Assembly (NCBI GenBank): GCA_965662235.1
Contig: CBFIGY010000001.1
Span: forward strand, 288,001-352,000
Length of the DNA: 64,000 nt
Direction: 5' to 3'
Origin: an uncultured bacterium
GTDB lineage: Bacteria; SAR324; NAC60-12
The notes under the pieces are model-generated. The model was not told the origin of the DNA. It searched no databases and saw only the letters and a program-made list of their open reading frames with translations. Positions within the stretch are counted from its first letter, which is position 1. Every line of letters begins with the position of its first letter. Positions 31,960 through 40,390 of this stretch are shown here, piece by piece. The translations under genes were made by a program, and so were the position numbers.

Positions 31960-33239
31960 CAGACCTCCTCCCAAAACTCACGGGGGTCGGCAATGCGACC
32001 CGCCCGGGCGGAAGCCGCCAGTGTGTAAGGCGAACAGAGGTAAACCTGAGAGGTGGGGTCGCCCATGCGTCCCTTGAAGTTCCGGGCGGTGGTGGAGAGG
32101 CAAACCTGGTCTGGACCAAGGCGTTGGGGACCGTATCCGGCACAGAGCCCGCAGGCGCTGGGAAGGATGGTCGCACCAGCGTCTTCCAGGATTCGCAACG
32201 TGCCCTCTTCGGTCGCCTGCTGGCGGTCTTGCTGAGACGCCGGAGCCACCCACAGCGGCAGTCGGGAGGAAACGCGGTGCCCCTTCAGGAGCCGAGCCGC
32301 TGCCCGGAGGTCCGTCAGCTTGGCGCCGGTGCAGGCCCCGAGGTACAGCACGTCCGGAACCACCGACTGAAACTCGGTCACTGGGGCGGCATTGGCAGGA
32401 CTGTGAGGCGCTGCGACCTGAGGCGTGAGGGCGGAGGCATCAAAGGCGTGGTGCTCTGCCACAGAGGCGTCGGCGTCGCTTTGCCAAGAAGCCCAGTCGT
32501 CGGCGTGACCTCCGTGTTCCTGGAGCCACTGGACCGTGATTTCGTCTGGAGCCACCAGTCCGGCCTGTCCTCCCAACTCAGCAGTCATGTTGCTGAGGGT
32601 CATGCGTTCCTGCATGGTCAGCTGCGCAATGGCAGAGCCGGCGTACTCCACGGCTTGGTAGCGTCCTCCGTCCATGCCCAGCTGGCCGCAGAGGAAGAGC
32701 ATGACGTCCTTAGCCAGCACGCCGGGGGCAAAGGTTCCGTGCCACTCAACGCGGATTGTCTCTGGAACCCGAAGCCAGATCTCGCCGGTAGCCAGCACGC
32801 CGGCCATCTCGGTGGCGCCAATGCCAAACATGTAGCACCCGAACGCGCCTCCGGTCGGGGAGTGACTGTCTCCACCGACCACGAGCATTCCAGGACGCAG
32901 GTGCCCCTGTTCCGGAAGCACCACGTGGCAGATGCCCTGCTGGTCATAAAAGCGCGTAATGCCTTGTTCCTGCACCCAGTTGCGAGTAAGGGCCAGGATC
33001 TGCTCTGAGTCGGCGTCAAAAGTGGGAACGTAGTGATCGGTGATCACCACCACTCGGTCTGGATTCCAGACAGGGACTCCCAGCTTGGACAAAATGGGAC
33101 TGACCCGGCGCGGGCCTCCGGAATCGTGAATCATGGCCAGGTCAACCTGGCAGGTCACCAGGTCACCGGGGTGCACGGGATTGCCTCCAGCAGCGCGGGA
33201 GATGATTTTTTCAGCGAGGGTCTGTGGACTGGAATTCAT
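31959..33239 (-). CDS. LeuC/DmdA-type 4Fe-4S hydratase-isomerase large subunit
   Basis: TLAEKI, GICH, GDSHS, GACTG, CGLCAG and RNFKGRMG motifs. Confidence 0.92.
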   Translation of the reverse strand: MNSSPQTLAEKIISRAAGGNPVHPGDLVTCQVDLAMIHDSGGPRRVSPILSKLGVPVWNPDRVVVITDHYVPTFDADSEQILALTRNWVQEQGITRFYDQQGICHVVLPEQGHLRPGMLVVGGDSHSPTGGAFGCYMFGIGATEMAGVLATGEIWLRVPETIRVEWHGTFAPGVLAKDVMLFLCGQLGMDGGRYQAVEYAGSAIAQLTMQERMTLSNMTAELGGQAGLVAPDEITVQWLQEHGGHADDWASWQSDADASVAEHHAFDASALTPQVAAPHSPANAAPVTEFQSVVPDVLYLGACTGAKLTDLRAAARLLKGHRVSSRLPLWVAPASQQDRQQATEEGTLRILEDAGATILPSACGLCAGYGPQRLGPDQVCLSTTARNFKGRMGDPTSQVYLCSPYTLAASARAGRIADPREFWEEV

Positions 33240-33345
33240 TGCAAACGATTGCGGGATTGGTCAGTATTTGGGTGACTGAATTTTGACACACTGAACCCGG
33301 AGCGCACAAGCCGTCCGGATTCCTTTCCCTGTTGGAGGCGATTTC

Positions 33346-34725
33346 ATGGAAAGACACACTCCTGCTTACCTGGAGGAACTGACTACTTTTTTGTCCCAAA
33401 CAACCGTACAGGACATTGATGCTGCGGCGTGGGAGCGAGCCCGTTGGGTGTTTGCAGACAGCATTGCTGCCATCGCCGGGGGGGCTGCCGAGCCGGAGGT
33501 GCAGCAACTGACGCAGCGCCTGACGTCCGGGAGCTCCGGAGGGGCGACTGTGATTGGCACCCCACTCAAGGCCGAAGTGCGGACCGCGGCGCTGGTCAAC
33601 GGAACCGCTGGAACGTTTCTTGAGCTGGACGAAGGCAACCAGTTCGGACGCGGCCATCCGGGAATCCATGTGGTGCCGGCGCTGCTGGCCTTTGCCGAAC
33701 AGCACGGCTCCGGCGGAGCAGACCTGCTCCGAGCGCTGATCCTCGGGTACGAGGTGGGGACCCGGATTGGCATGGCCTGCAAGCTGCGGATGTCGATGCA
33801 CCCACATGGCACCTGGGGAACCGTGGGGGCTGCTGTGAGCGTGGGCGTGCTGGCGGGATGCAGCGCGTCGGAGCTGGTGACCCTCATCAACATCAGTTCC
33901 TCGTTGGGCCTGGCAACCAGCCGCAAGACGATGCTGGAAGGTGGAACCGTCCGGAACACCTTTGCTGGTGTCAGTAACCAGATGGGCCTGTTGGCCTATG
34001 ACCTCCTGCAGTCCGGATTCACTGGGGAGCAGGATGGCCTGACCACCGTCTTTGGCAGCGTGGTTTCCGACCAGTTTGATCCGGCGGAGATGACCCAAGA
34101 CCTAGGCTCCCGCTGGGAGATCGCCCGGAATTACTTCAAGCTCCACGCCTGCTGCCGCTACAACCATGGAGCTCTGGACGCGCTTGACAAGATCCTCCAG
34201 CAGCAACCGGTTGATCCGGAGGCCGTTGCAGACGTCCGCGTGGAAACCTATTCTCTTGCGGCCCAGCTTTCCGACCGTCACCCGCAGAACACCCTGGCAG
34301 GAAAGTTTTCGGTGCCCTTCGCCATTGCCACCACGCTGACCAATCGGAGCAGCGGTGTCTCCAGCTTTACCTGGGATCAGATTCGGCGGGAGCAGGTTCA
34401 GAACCTCGCAGAGAAAGTGACCGTGGTGGAGGATCCGGAACTGACGGCCCTGATGCCAGATTTCCGGCCCGCCCGCGTGCACCTGACCCTCAAGGACGGA
34501 ACACGGCTGCAGGCAGAGACGCAGACCAACCGGGGCGACACGGAAGATCCGTACACGCACGAGGAACTCCGTGAGAAGTTCAGCAACCTGACTCAGCGGG
34601 TGTGGCCCTTGGCCGAATGTGCGCCCCTGCATCAGCGCCTCTTGCAGGTGGATGAGCTGACGGACCTCAGTTCACTGATGACAGACCTGCGGGCACTTGC
34701 TCAGCAAGGAGGGGCTCATGCTTAA
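33346..34725 (+). CDS. MmgE/PrpD family protein
   Basis: ALVNGTA..LELDE..HP, GYEVG, YFKLHACC and KFSVPF motifs. Confidence 0.9.
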   Translation: MERHTPAYLEELTTFLSQTTVQDIDAAAWERARWVFADSIAAIAGGAAEPEVQQLTQRLTSGSSGGATVIGTPLKAEVRTAALVNGTAGTFLELDEGNQFGRGHPGIHVVPALLAFAEQHGSGGADLLRALILGYEVGTRIGMACKLRMSMHPHGTWGTVGAAVSVGVLAGCSASELVTLINISSSLGLATSRKTMLEGGTVRNTFAGVSNQMGLLAYDLLQSGFTGEQDGLTTVFGSVVSDQFDPAEMTQDLGSRWEIARNYFKLHACCRYNHGALDALDKILQQQPVDPEAVADVRVETYSLAAQLSDRHPQNTLAGKFSVPFAIATTLTNRSSGVSSFTWDQIRREQVQNLAEKVTVVEDPELTALMPDFRPARVHLTLKDGTRLQAETQTNRGDTEDPYTHEELREKFSNLTQRVWPLAECAPLHQRLLQVDELTDLSSLMTDLRALAQQGGAHA

Positions 34726-35101
34726 CGCTCGTCAGCTGGAAGCACTGGTCGAGGAGTACTTTGCTGGAGTGGACGCCAAGGACTGGCCGCGGCTGCAGCA
34801 GGTCCTTGCTCCCGATTGCTCCCTCCGGATTCAGACGCATCAGGTGGAGCGCTTGGGCCGAGATCAAGCCCTCTTCAGCGTCTTTGAGTCGTTGTTTGGG
34901 CGCTATGCCTCCATCTGGCACGGCAACTTCCGGCACATTCCGGACCCGGATCAGCAGCGGATTGCCTCACAGTTTCAGGTCCTCAACACCCTTGCAGATG
35001 GCACGCAGTACTCCAAGAGCAACTGCAACTTCTTCACGGTCCGGAAGGGACTGATTGTGGAGATCGACGTCTACATGAGCGGCGATAACACCCTATACTG
35101 A
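34718..35101 (+). CDS. SnoaL/NTF2-like protein
   Basis: LVEEYFAGVDAKD N-terminal helix, NCNFF..GLIVEIDVY; AGGAGG RBS; overlaps the prpD-like stop. Confidence 0.8.
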   Translation: MLNARQLEALVEEYFAGVDAKDWPRLQQVLAPDCSLRIQTHQVERLGRDQALFSVFESLFGRYASIWHGNFRHIPDPDQQRIASQFQVLNTLADGTQYSKSNCNFFTVRKGLIVEIDVYMSGDNTLY

Positions 35102-35102
35102 A

Positions 35103-35804
35103 TCAAAGCCCCAGATAGGACTTCTTCAGCTCCGGATCCGCAGCGAGTTCCTGAGCGGCTCCGGAGAGCGCCACGACTCCGTTTTCAATGACGTAAGCCC
35201 GGTGCGCAAGCTCCAGCGACTGAACCACGTTTTGTTCGACCAGTAGCACGCTCACGCCCTGCTGGTTGATGTCGGCAATGAGCTGGAACATCTCTTCCAC
35301 AAGCAACGGCGACAGTCCCAGCGACGGCTCGTCAAAAATCAGCAGCTTCGGCTCGGCCATCAGGCTTCTGCCAATTGCCACCATCTGCTGCTCCCCTCCG
35401 GAAAGCGTTCCCGCGAGCTGGGTGCGCCGTTCACTGAGCTTTGGAAAGCTGGTGAAGACGCGCTCTAGGTTCCGGGCCCGGTGGGGCTTTCCACGCCGGT
35501 AGCTCCCCATCTCAAGGTTTTCCAACACCGTCAGATTCGGGAAGAGCTTCCGTCCTTCTGGAACCTGCAGGAGTCCCAGATCCACAATGCGGTTGGGACG
35601 CCAGCCCGTGATGTCCTGATCCTCAAAGCGGATTTTGCCCTGGAAGGGGCGGTAGAGGCCACAGACGTTGTGGTTGAGCGTGGTCTTGCCAACGCCGTTG
35701 CTTCCGAGGACGGCAACGATTTCGCCAGCCTGCAGGCTGAGGTTGATGCCGCGGAGGACGGTGACGTGTCCGTAGCCAGCGTGGAGGCCGGTGACTTCAA
35801 GCAT
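35103..35804 (-). CDS. Liv-type ABC transporter ATPase (LivF-like)
   Basis: GSNGVGKT, VPEGR, LSGGEQQM, DEPSLGL and VEQN motifs. Confidence 0.93.
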   Translation of the reverse strand: MLEVTGLHAGYGHVTVLRGINLSLQAGEIVAVLGSNGVGKTTLNHNVCGLYRPFQGKIRFEDQDITGWRPNRIVDLGLLQVPEGRKLFPNLTVLENLEMGSYRRGKPHRARNLERVFTSFPKLSERRTQLAGTLSGGEQQMVAIGRSLMAEPKLLIFDEPSLGLSPLLVEEMFQLIADINQQGVSVLLVEQNVVQSLELAHRAYVIENGVVALSGAAQELAADPELKKSYLGL

Positions 35805-36543
35805 GAGCCGACTCCTTTGCCGTCAGGCGCTCTGCAGCTCCGTGTCCAAGGTAGGCTTCGACAACATGCGGATTGGCTGCAACTTCCTTGGGCACCCCCG
35901 CTGCGATCAGCTCTCCGTTGTTGAGGACGTAGGTGTAGTCAGAAAGGCTCATGACCGCCTGCATGACGTGTTCAATCAGGAAGATGGTCACCCCAGCGTC
36001 CCGGATGCTCCGGATGGTGGTGAGGATCTCTTCCACCTCACTTGGGTTCAGGCCTGCCATGACTTCGTCCAGCAGCAGGAGCTTCGGCTGGGTGGCAAGG
36101 GCCCGGGCCAGTTCCAGACGCTTACGACCGGCGACGGTCAGGTCGTCTGCAGGAGCGTCTAGGTTCATGCGCATGCCCACCCGCTGGGCAATGGCTTCTG
36201 CGTGTTCCGAAGCCTTTTGCAGATCATCGGTGTGGTGGTAGGCGCCGACCATGATGTTTTCCCGGATGCTCAGCTTCGCAAACGGCTGCGTGATCTGGAA
36301 GGTCCGGACCATTCCGAGGTCACAGATCTTGTGTGGCTTGAGGCCGATGAGGGACTCGCCCTGCAGGAGGATCTTTCCGGAGTTGGGCTTGAGGAAGCCG
36401 GCAACCATGGCAAAGAGGGTCGTCTTGCCGGCGCCGTTCGGACCAATCAATGAGACGATCTTTCCCTCCGGAACCTCAAGGGAGACGTTAGAGACCGCCT
36501 TCAGGCCCCCGAAGCTTTTGGAAACGCCTTCAACCTTGAGCAT
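35797..36543 (-). CDS. Liv-type ABC transporter ATPase (LivG-like)
   Basis: GPNGAGKT, RTFQ, LLDEVMAGL, IEH and EAYLG motifs. Confidence 0.93.
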   Translation of the reverse strand: MLKVEGVSKSFGGLKAVSNVSLEVPEGKIVSLIGPNGAGKTTLFAMVAGFLKPNSGKILLQGESLIGLKPHKICDLGMVRTFQITQPFAKLSIRENIMVGAYHHTDDLQKASEHAEAIAQRVGMRMNLDAPADDLTVAGRKRLELARALATQPKLLLLDEVMAGLNPSEVEEILTTIRSIRDAGVTIFLIEHVMQAVMSLSDYTYVLNNGELIAAGVPKEVAANPHVVEAYLGHGAAERLTAKESAHA

Positions 36544-37490
36544 CAGCCTCCCTTGGGTTTGCGTTTGAAGAGACCAATCAGCCCGTCTGGCAGGAAGCCG
36601 ATGATGAGGACCAGAATGACGCCATAGACAATGAGGCTCAGTCCAGGCGTGTCAATGTAGTGCCGTGAGAGCTCGTTGATGGTGTGCAGCACCAGCGAAC
36701 CAATGAAGGGTCCAAAGACGGTGCCCATGCCGCCGATGATGGCGACGAGCAGCATCTCCACCGACTTCTCGACGCCATAGGCGATGTAGGGGTCGATGTA
36801 CAGGTAGTACTGAGCGTAAAAGGTGCCTCCGGCAGCGCCGATGCCTCCAGCGATCATGATCGCCTTCATCTTGTGCCCAAAGGTGTCTACGCCCAAGGCC
36901 TCGGCAGCGTCTTCGTTTTCTCGGATGGCCATCAGTCGTGAGCCAAAGCGGGTCCGCTCCAGCCGTAACGCAATGGCCACGGAGGCAAGGAAGAAGACGA
37001 GGATGACGTAGTAGAAGCCGGTGCGGCCTTCAAACTGGAAGTTGAGGGGGTGCTGATCCAGAGGAATGTAGATGCCCATTCCGGCCCGGGTGAACTCCAC
37101 GGAGTTGGCAATGATCCGGAAGGCTTCAGCAAACGCGAGAGTGATGAGCGCAAAGTAAGACCCCCGCAGGCCAAACCGGAAGCTGAGGAAGCCGACAAAG
37201 GCGCCAACGAGCATGCCCATGAGGATTCCTGCGACCAGGCCGATCCAGGGGTTGATTCCGTAGGTCACATGCAGGATGGAAGACGTGTAGGCGCCTGTGC
37301 CGAAGAAGAGCACGCTTCCGAATGAGAACTGACCCGCATACCCGCCTAGGATGTTCCAAGACTGCCCCAAGGTGGCCGAGTAAAGGACAATGATCGCAAA
37401 GCTGATGAGGAATTCGGAGCCGACAACCCACGGCAACAGCACCAGGAGCAGCACTCCGGCCAGCAGGAGTCGCGGATTGTGCGTGATCAT
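36543..37490 (-). CDS. Liv-type ABC transporter permease (LivM-like)
   Basis: WNILGGYAGQFSFG, YFALITLA, AIRENEDAA and GGMGT motifs. Confidence 0.92.
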   Translation of the reverse strand: MITHNPRLLLAGVLLLVLLPWVVGSEFLISFAIIVLYSATLGQSWNILGGYAGQFSFGSVLFFGTGAYTSSILHVTYGINPWIGLVAGILMGMLVGAFVGFLSFRFGLRGSYFALITLAFAEAFRIIANSVEFTRAGMGIYIPLDQHPLNFQFEGRTGFYYVILVFFLASVAIALRLERTRFGSRLMAIRENEDAAEALGVDTFGHKMKAIMIAGGIGAAGGTFYAQYYLYIDPYIAYGVEKSVEMLLVAIIGGMGTVFGPFIGSLVLHTINELSRHYIDTPGLSLIVYGVILVLIIGFLPDGLIGLFKRKPKGG

Positions 37491-38359
37491 GCCTTGGCTC
37501 CAAATAAACCGGTGGGACGGAACAGGAGGATGAGCACAAAGATCAGCGGAATGCCGATCTGACCGAGGCTCTCTCCTAAAAAGAGTCCGCCGATCGACTC
37601 GGTGATGCCGATGATGAATCCTCCCACCAGCGCTCCCACAAAGCTGCCCATGCCTCCCAGCACCACTGTGGTGAAGGCGATGACCACGAACACGTGTCCG
37701 ATGGTGGGGGTGACGTAGAAGGACGGCATGAGGAGGCAGGCGGCGGCCCCAAGGCAGGCGATCCCGATTCCGTAACTCATTGCAAAGATGTGGTCGACAT
37801 CAATGCCCATCAGGCGGGCTCCCACACGTTCCTTGGCCACTGCACGGATGGCCTTTCCCAGGTCCGTTTTGGCCATCAGCGCCCAGAGCGCCAATCCAAT
37901 GACAATGGAGGCTCCGAAGGAGATCATCTTCGGCAGCGTCACGAGCGCCGGTCCAATCTCAATCATGTCGTAGGCATAGGAGAGATTGAGGGTCTGGGTG
38001 TCTGCTTTGAAGAAGAAGAGGGCGGCGTTTTCAAAGATCACACTCAGCCCGAGTGTGACCAGGAGGATGTTCTGGTCCTTGCCCTTCGCCAGTTTTCCAA
38101 TCACAAAGCGATACAGCAGGTAACCAAAGATAAAGGCCCCAGGGATGACCACAATGAGAGCAAGGTAGGGGTCTACTCCTGTTAAGGAGAAGAGGAAGTA
38201 AACCGCATACATCGCCAGCATCAACAGGGCGCCATGCGCAAAGTTGATGATGTGCAGCACGCCGTAGATCAGGGTCAGTCCCAAGGCCAACAGGGAATAA
38301 ATGGCCCCGAACATCAAACCGTTGATCAACGCCGTGGTCAGAATCACGGGTTCAAACAT
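37487..38359 (-). CDS. Liv-type ABC transporter permease (LivH-like)
   Basis: ALGLTLIYG..INFAHG, GKAIRA, VVLGGMG and RPTGLFG motifs. Confidence 0.93.
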   Translation of the reverse strand: MFEPVILTTALINGLMFGAIYSLLALGLTLIYGVLHIINFAHGALLMLAMYAVYFLFSLTGVDPYLALIVVIPGAFIFGYLLYRFVIGKLAKGKDQNILLVTLGLSVIFENAALFFFKADTQTLNLSYAYDMIEIGPALVTLPKMISFGASIVIGLALWALMAKTDLGKAIRAVAKERVGARLMGIDVDHIFAMSYGIGIACLGAAACLLMPSFYVTPTIGHVFVVIAFTTVVLGGMGSFVGALVGGFIIGITESIGGLFLGESLGQIGIPLIFVLILLFRPTGLFGAKA

Positions 38360-38374
38360 GAAGACCGGAACAGG

Positions 38375-38396
38375 TTCCGGGGGAAGTCCCCCGGAA
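38375..38396 (-). other. Intercistronic stem-loop after the substrate-binding protein gene
   Basis: TTCCGGGGG-AAGT-CCCCCGGAA, a perfect 9-bp stem in the typical mRNA-stabilising position. Confidence 0.6.
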
Positions 38397-38406
38397 GTTC
38401 AGAGGA

Positions 38407-39651
38407 TTAGGCTGGCCGTGGGAAGATGGGCGAAGCCGAGGCGAATTGCTGCGGGAACACCACCTGAGCGTCCACCTGGCCACCGGCCTTTTGGGCTTGG
38501 ATGGCAACGGCGCGTGAGCCGGTGTTCTGACCATTCACCATCTTGGTGGGGCCGTATGGCATGATCAGCGGGTCGAGGCTGCTGTTGGCCAAGGCCTCGT
38601 TGACCGCGTCCGGATCCGTGGTACCAGCACGCTCAAAGGCGTCGGCCAGAAGCCGGATGGAGTTGTAGGTGCAGTAGATCTCAAAGGTGAAGTAGCTGCC
38701 CTGTGCCTCAACCATTTTCCGCATTTCCTGAGCCTTGGCAGACTTCGGATTGTACCAGTGGTTGAAGTCGATCATGTTTTCTGCAACTTCCGGCTGCTCG
38801 TTGATGAACTTGAAGTTGAAGCCTCCGCCGAGCACCGAGTAGCTTGCCATGAAGGGCACCCGCTGTTGCCGCAGGGTCTGAGCCAGCAGGATGTACTCGC
38901 CAGGGTAGTTCACCGGAATGATCACATCTGGCTGCATGGAGCGGATCCGCAGAGCGATGTTGTCGAAGTTCCGGGTGGGGTTGGCGTGCTTGATCGTGGC
39001 CTTGACGTCCCAGCCGCTCTCTTCAAGCTTGCTGGAGAGCAGCTTGGCGGTGCCGCTCCCGAACTCGGACTCTTCATGAACGATCACGGCGCTGCTGGCA
39101 GGGGAGCCGGCGGCTTGGTTGATCTGGTTCAGGTTGTCCACGGCGTCACTGGTGATGCGTCCGTAACCGTCGGCCATCCGGAAGACGTTGGTGAGTCCGC
39201 GCTGCACAATCATGTCTGAGACGCCGACGTCAATTGAGAACGGCAGGTTGTACTTGGCTGCGGCCTGAGTGGCAGCCAAGCAGACTGCGCTTTGGTAACA
39301 GCCTGTAAAGGCGTGCACTCCGGCTTCAGCCATCTTCTCCACCTCTGCCGAACCGATCTCGGGCTTGCCCTGAGAGTCTCCGAGCACCGCCTCTAGCTTG
39401 GCGCCCATCGACTTGATGCCACCGGCGGCGTTGATGTCGTTGATCGCCATCTGTCCACCCAGTCGGGACTGTGCTCCCGGATAAGCGAGTCCCCCGGAAG
39501 CCGGGTGAATGAAGCCGATCTTCACGGTGTTGGACTGTGCTTTCAGGATGGCCGGGAAGCCGGTGATGCCGGTAGCCAGAGCCGTTCCAGCCGCTGCTTG
39601 TGTGAGCAGACGGCGACGGGTGATTTCGGAGGAAGAGAAGGTCTTCTTCAT
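38407..39651 (-). CDS. Liv-type ABC substrate-binding protein with Tat signal
   Basis: TRRRLL twin-arginine leader; VKIG, INAAGGIKS and GCYQS motifs of the periplasmic binding type I fold. Confidence 0.9.
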   Translation of the reverse strand: MKKTFSSSEITRRRLLTQAAAGTALATGITGFPAILKAQSNTVKIGFIHPASGGLAYPGAQSRLGGQMAINDINAAGGIKSMGAKLEAVLGDSQGKPEIGSAEVEKMAEAGVHAFTGCYQSAVCLAATQAAAKYNLPFSIDVGVSDMIVQRGLTNVFRMADGYGRITSDAVDNLNQINQAAGSPASSAVIVHEESEFGSGTAKLLSSKLEESGWDVKATIKHANPTRNFDNIALRIRSMQPDVIIPVNYPGEYILLAQTLRQQRVPFMASYSVLGGGFNFKFINEQPEVAENMIDFNHWYNPKSAKAQEMRKMVEAQGSYFTFEIYCTYNSIRLLADAFERAGTTDPDAVNEALANSSLDPLIMPYGPTKMVNGQNTGSRAVAIQAQKAGGQVDAQVVFPQQFASASPIFPRPA

Positions 39652-39822
39652 GTTTTTTCCTAGCTTGGAGGTGGTGCCTGTCGCAAGATCGGGCTTTGCA
39701 GGCCCGTCAAAAACCGTTAAATCATGTTAGACACGATTTTTCCGTGTTGACCAGCAGTTTTTTTCAGAACAAGGGAAAAAGTAGCGGCTGCTTCCACTTT
39801 GAACCTCAAGGAGTTTTCCACC

Positions 39823-40386
39823 ATGCCAGTCATTCAAGCCACCCTCATTGAGGGGTACGATGAGGAGACACGTCGCCACCTCTGCGAGCGCTTAACCGAT
39901 GCCGTCATGGGGTGCATTGCCGCGCCTCCGGACGGGGTGACCATCCTGCTCAACGAAGTCCCGCCGGCGAATTACATGCGGGGGCGGCAGTCTCGAGTGC
40001 CCGGTCCACCGAGCCCCGGTCCGGTGGCCTGCGTTCGGGCGTATTTAGACGCCATGGAGCGTCGAGAGCTCGACACGGCCCAGTCGTTTCTGGCTCCGGA
40101 GTTTGAGATGACTTTTCCCGGCGGCGTTGTGTTCACGCGTCCAGAGGAAGTGGTGAGCTGGGGACGGGAGCGGTACCGCAGCATCCGTAAAACCTATGAG
40201 GCGTGGGATGAGTCCTTTAATGCCGAAGGGTGGGTGGTGAGCTGTCAGGGGACGCTTTCAGGAGAGTGGCCAGACGGAACCCCGTTTGCCGGAATCCGTT
40301 TTGTGGACCGTTTCCAAGGGAAAGGAAGCCTGCTCCACCGCCAACAGGTTTGGAATGATCTGGCAGAGGTCCGGAACCGCCAGTAG
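39823..40386 (+). CDS. 4-oxalocrotonate tautomerase-like / SnoaL fusion protein
   Basis: AAGGAG RBS; M-P-VIQATLIEG (Pro-1) domain of about 65 aa, a Pro-rich linker, then VRAYLDAME..FVDRF..VWNDL SnoaL-like domain. Confidence 0.82.
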   Translation: MPVIQATLIEGYDEETRRHLCERLTDAVMGCIAAPPDGVTILLNEVPPANYMRGRQSRVPGPPSPGPVACVRAYLDAMERRELDTAQSFLAPEFEMTFPGGVVFTRPEEVVSWGRERYRSIRKTYEAWDESFNAEGWVVSCQGTLSGEWPDGTPFAGIRFVDRFQGKGSLLHRQQVWNDLAEVRNRQ

Positions 40387-40390
40387 CAAC

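Noticed and set aside
31469..32176. N-terminal 235 aa of the 520-aa ORF 30614..32176
   Set aside because: It overlaps leuD/leuC-like genes in another frame and is low-complexity; lyase homology begins at ATG 31468. Not a fusion.
31893..33008. 371-aa plus-strand ORF (and similar long antisense ORFs at 14999, 42578, 53483)
   Set aside because: They lie opposite well-supported genes and have no recognisable domains.
31465..33239. leuC/leuD as leucine biosynthesis genes
   Set aside because: Short DmdA/HacA-like type, no leuA/leuB, and embedded in a catabolic cluster, so gene symbols were withheld.
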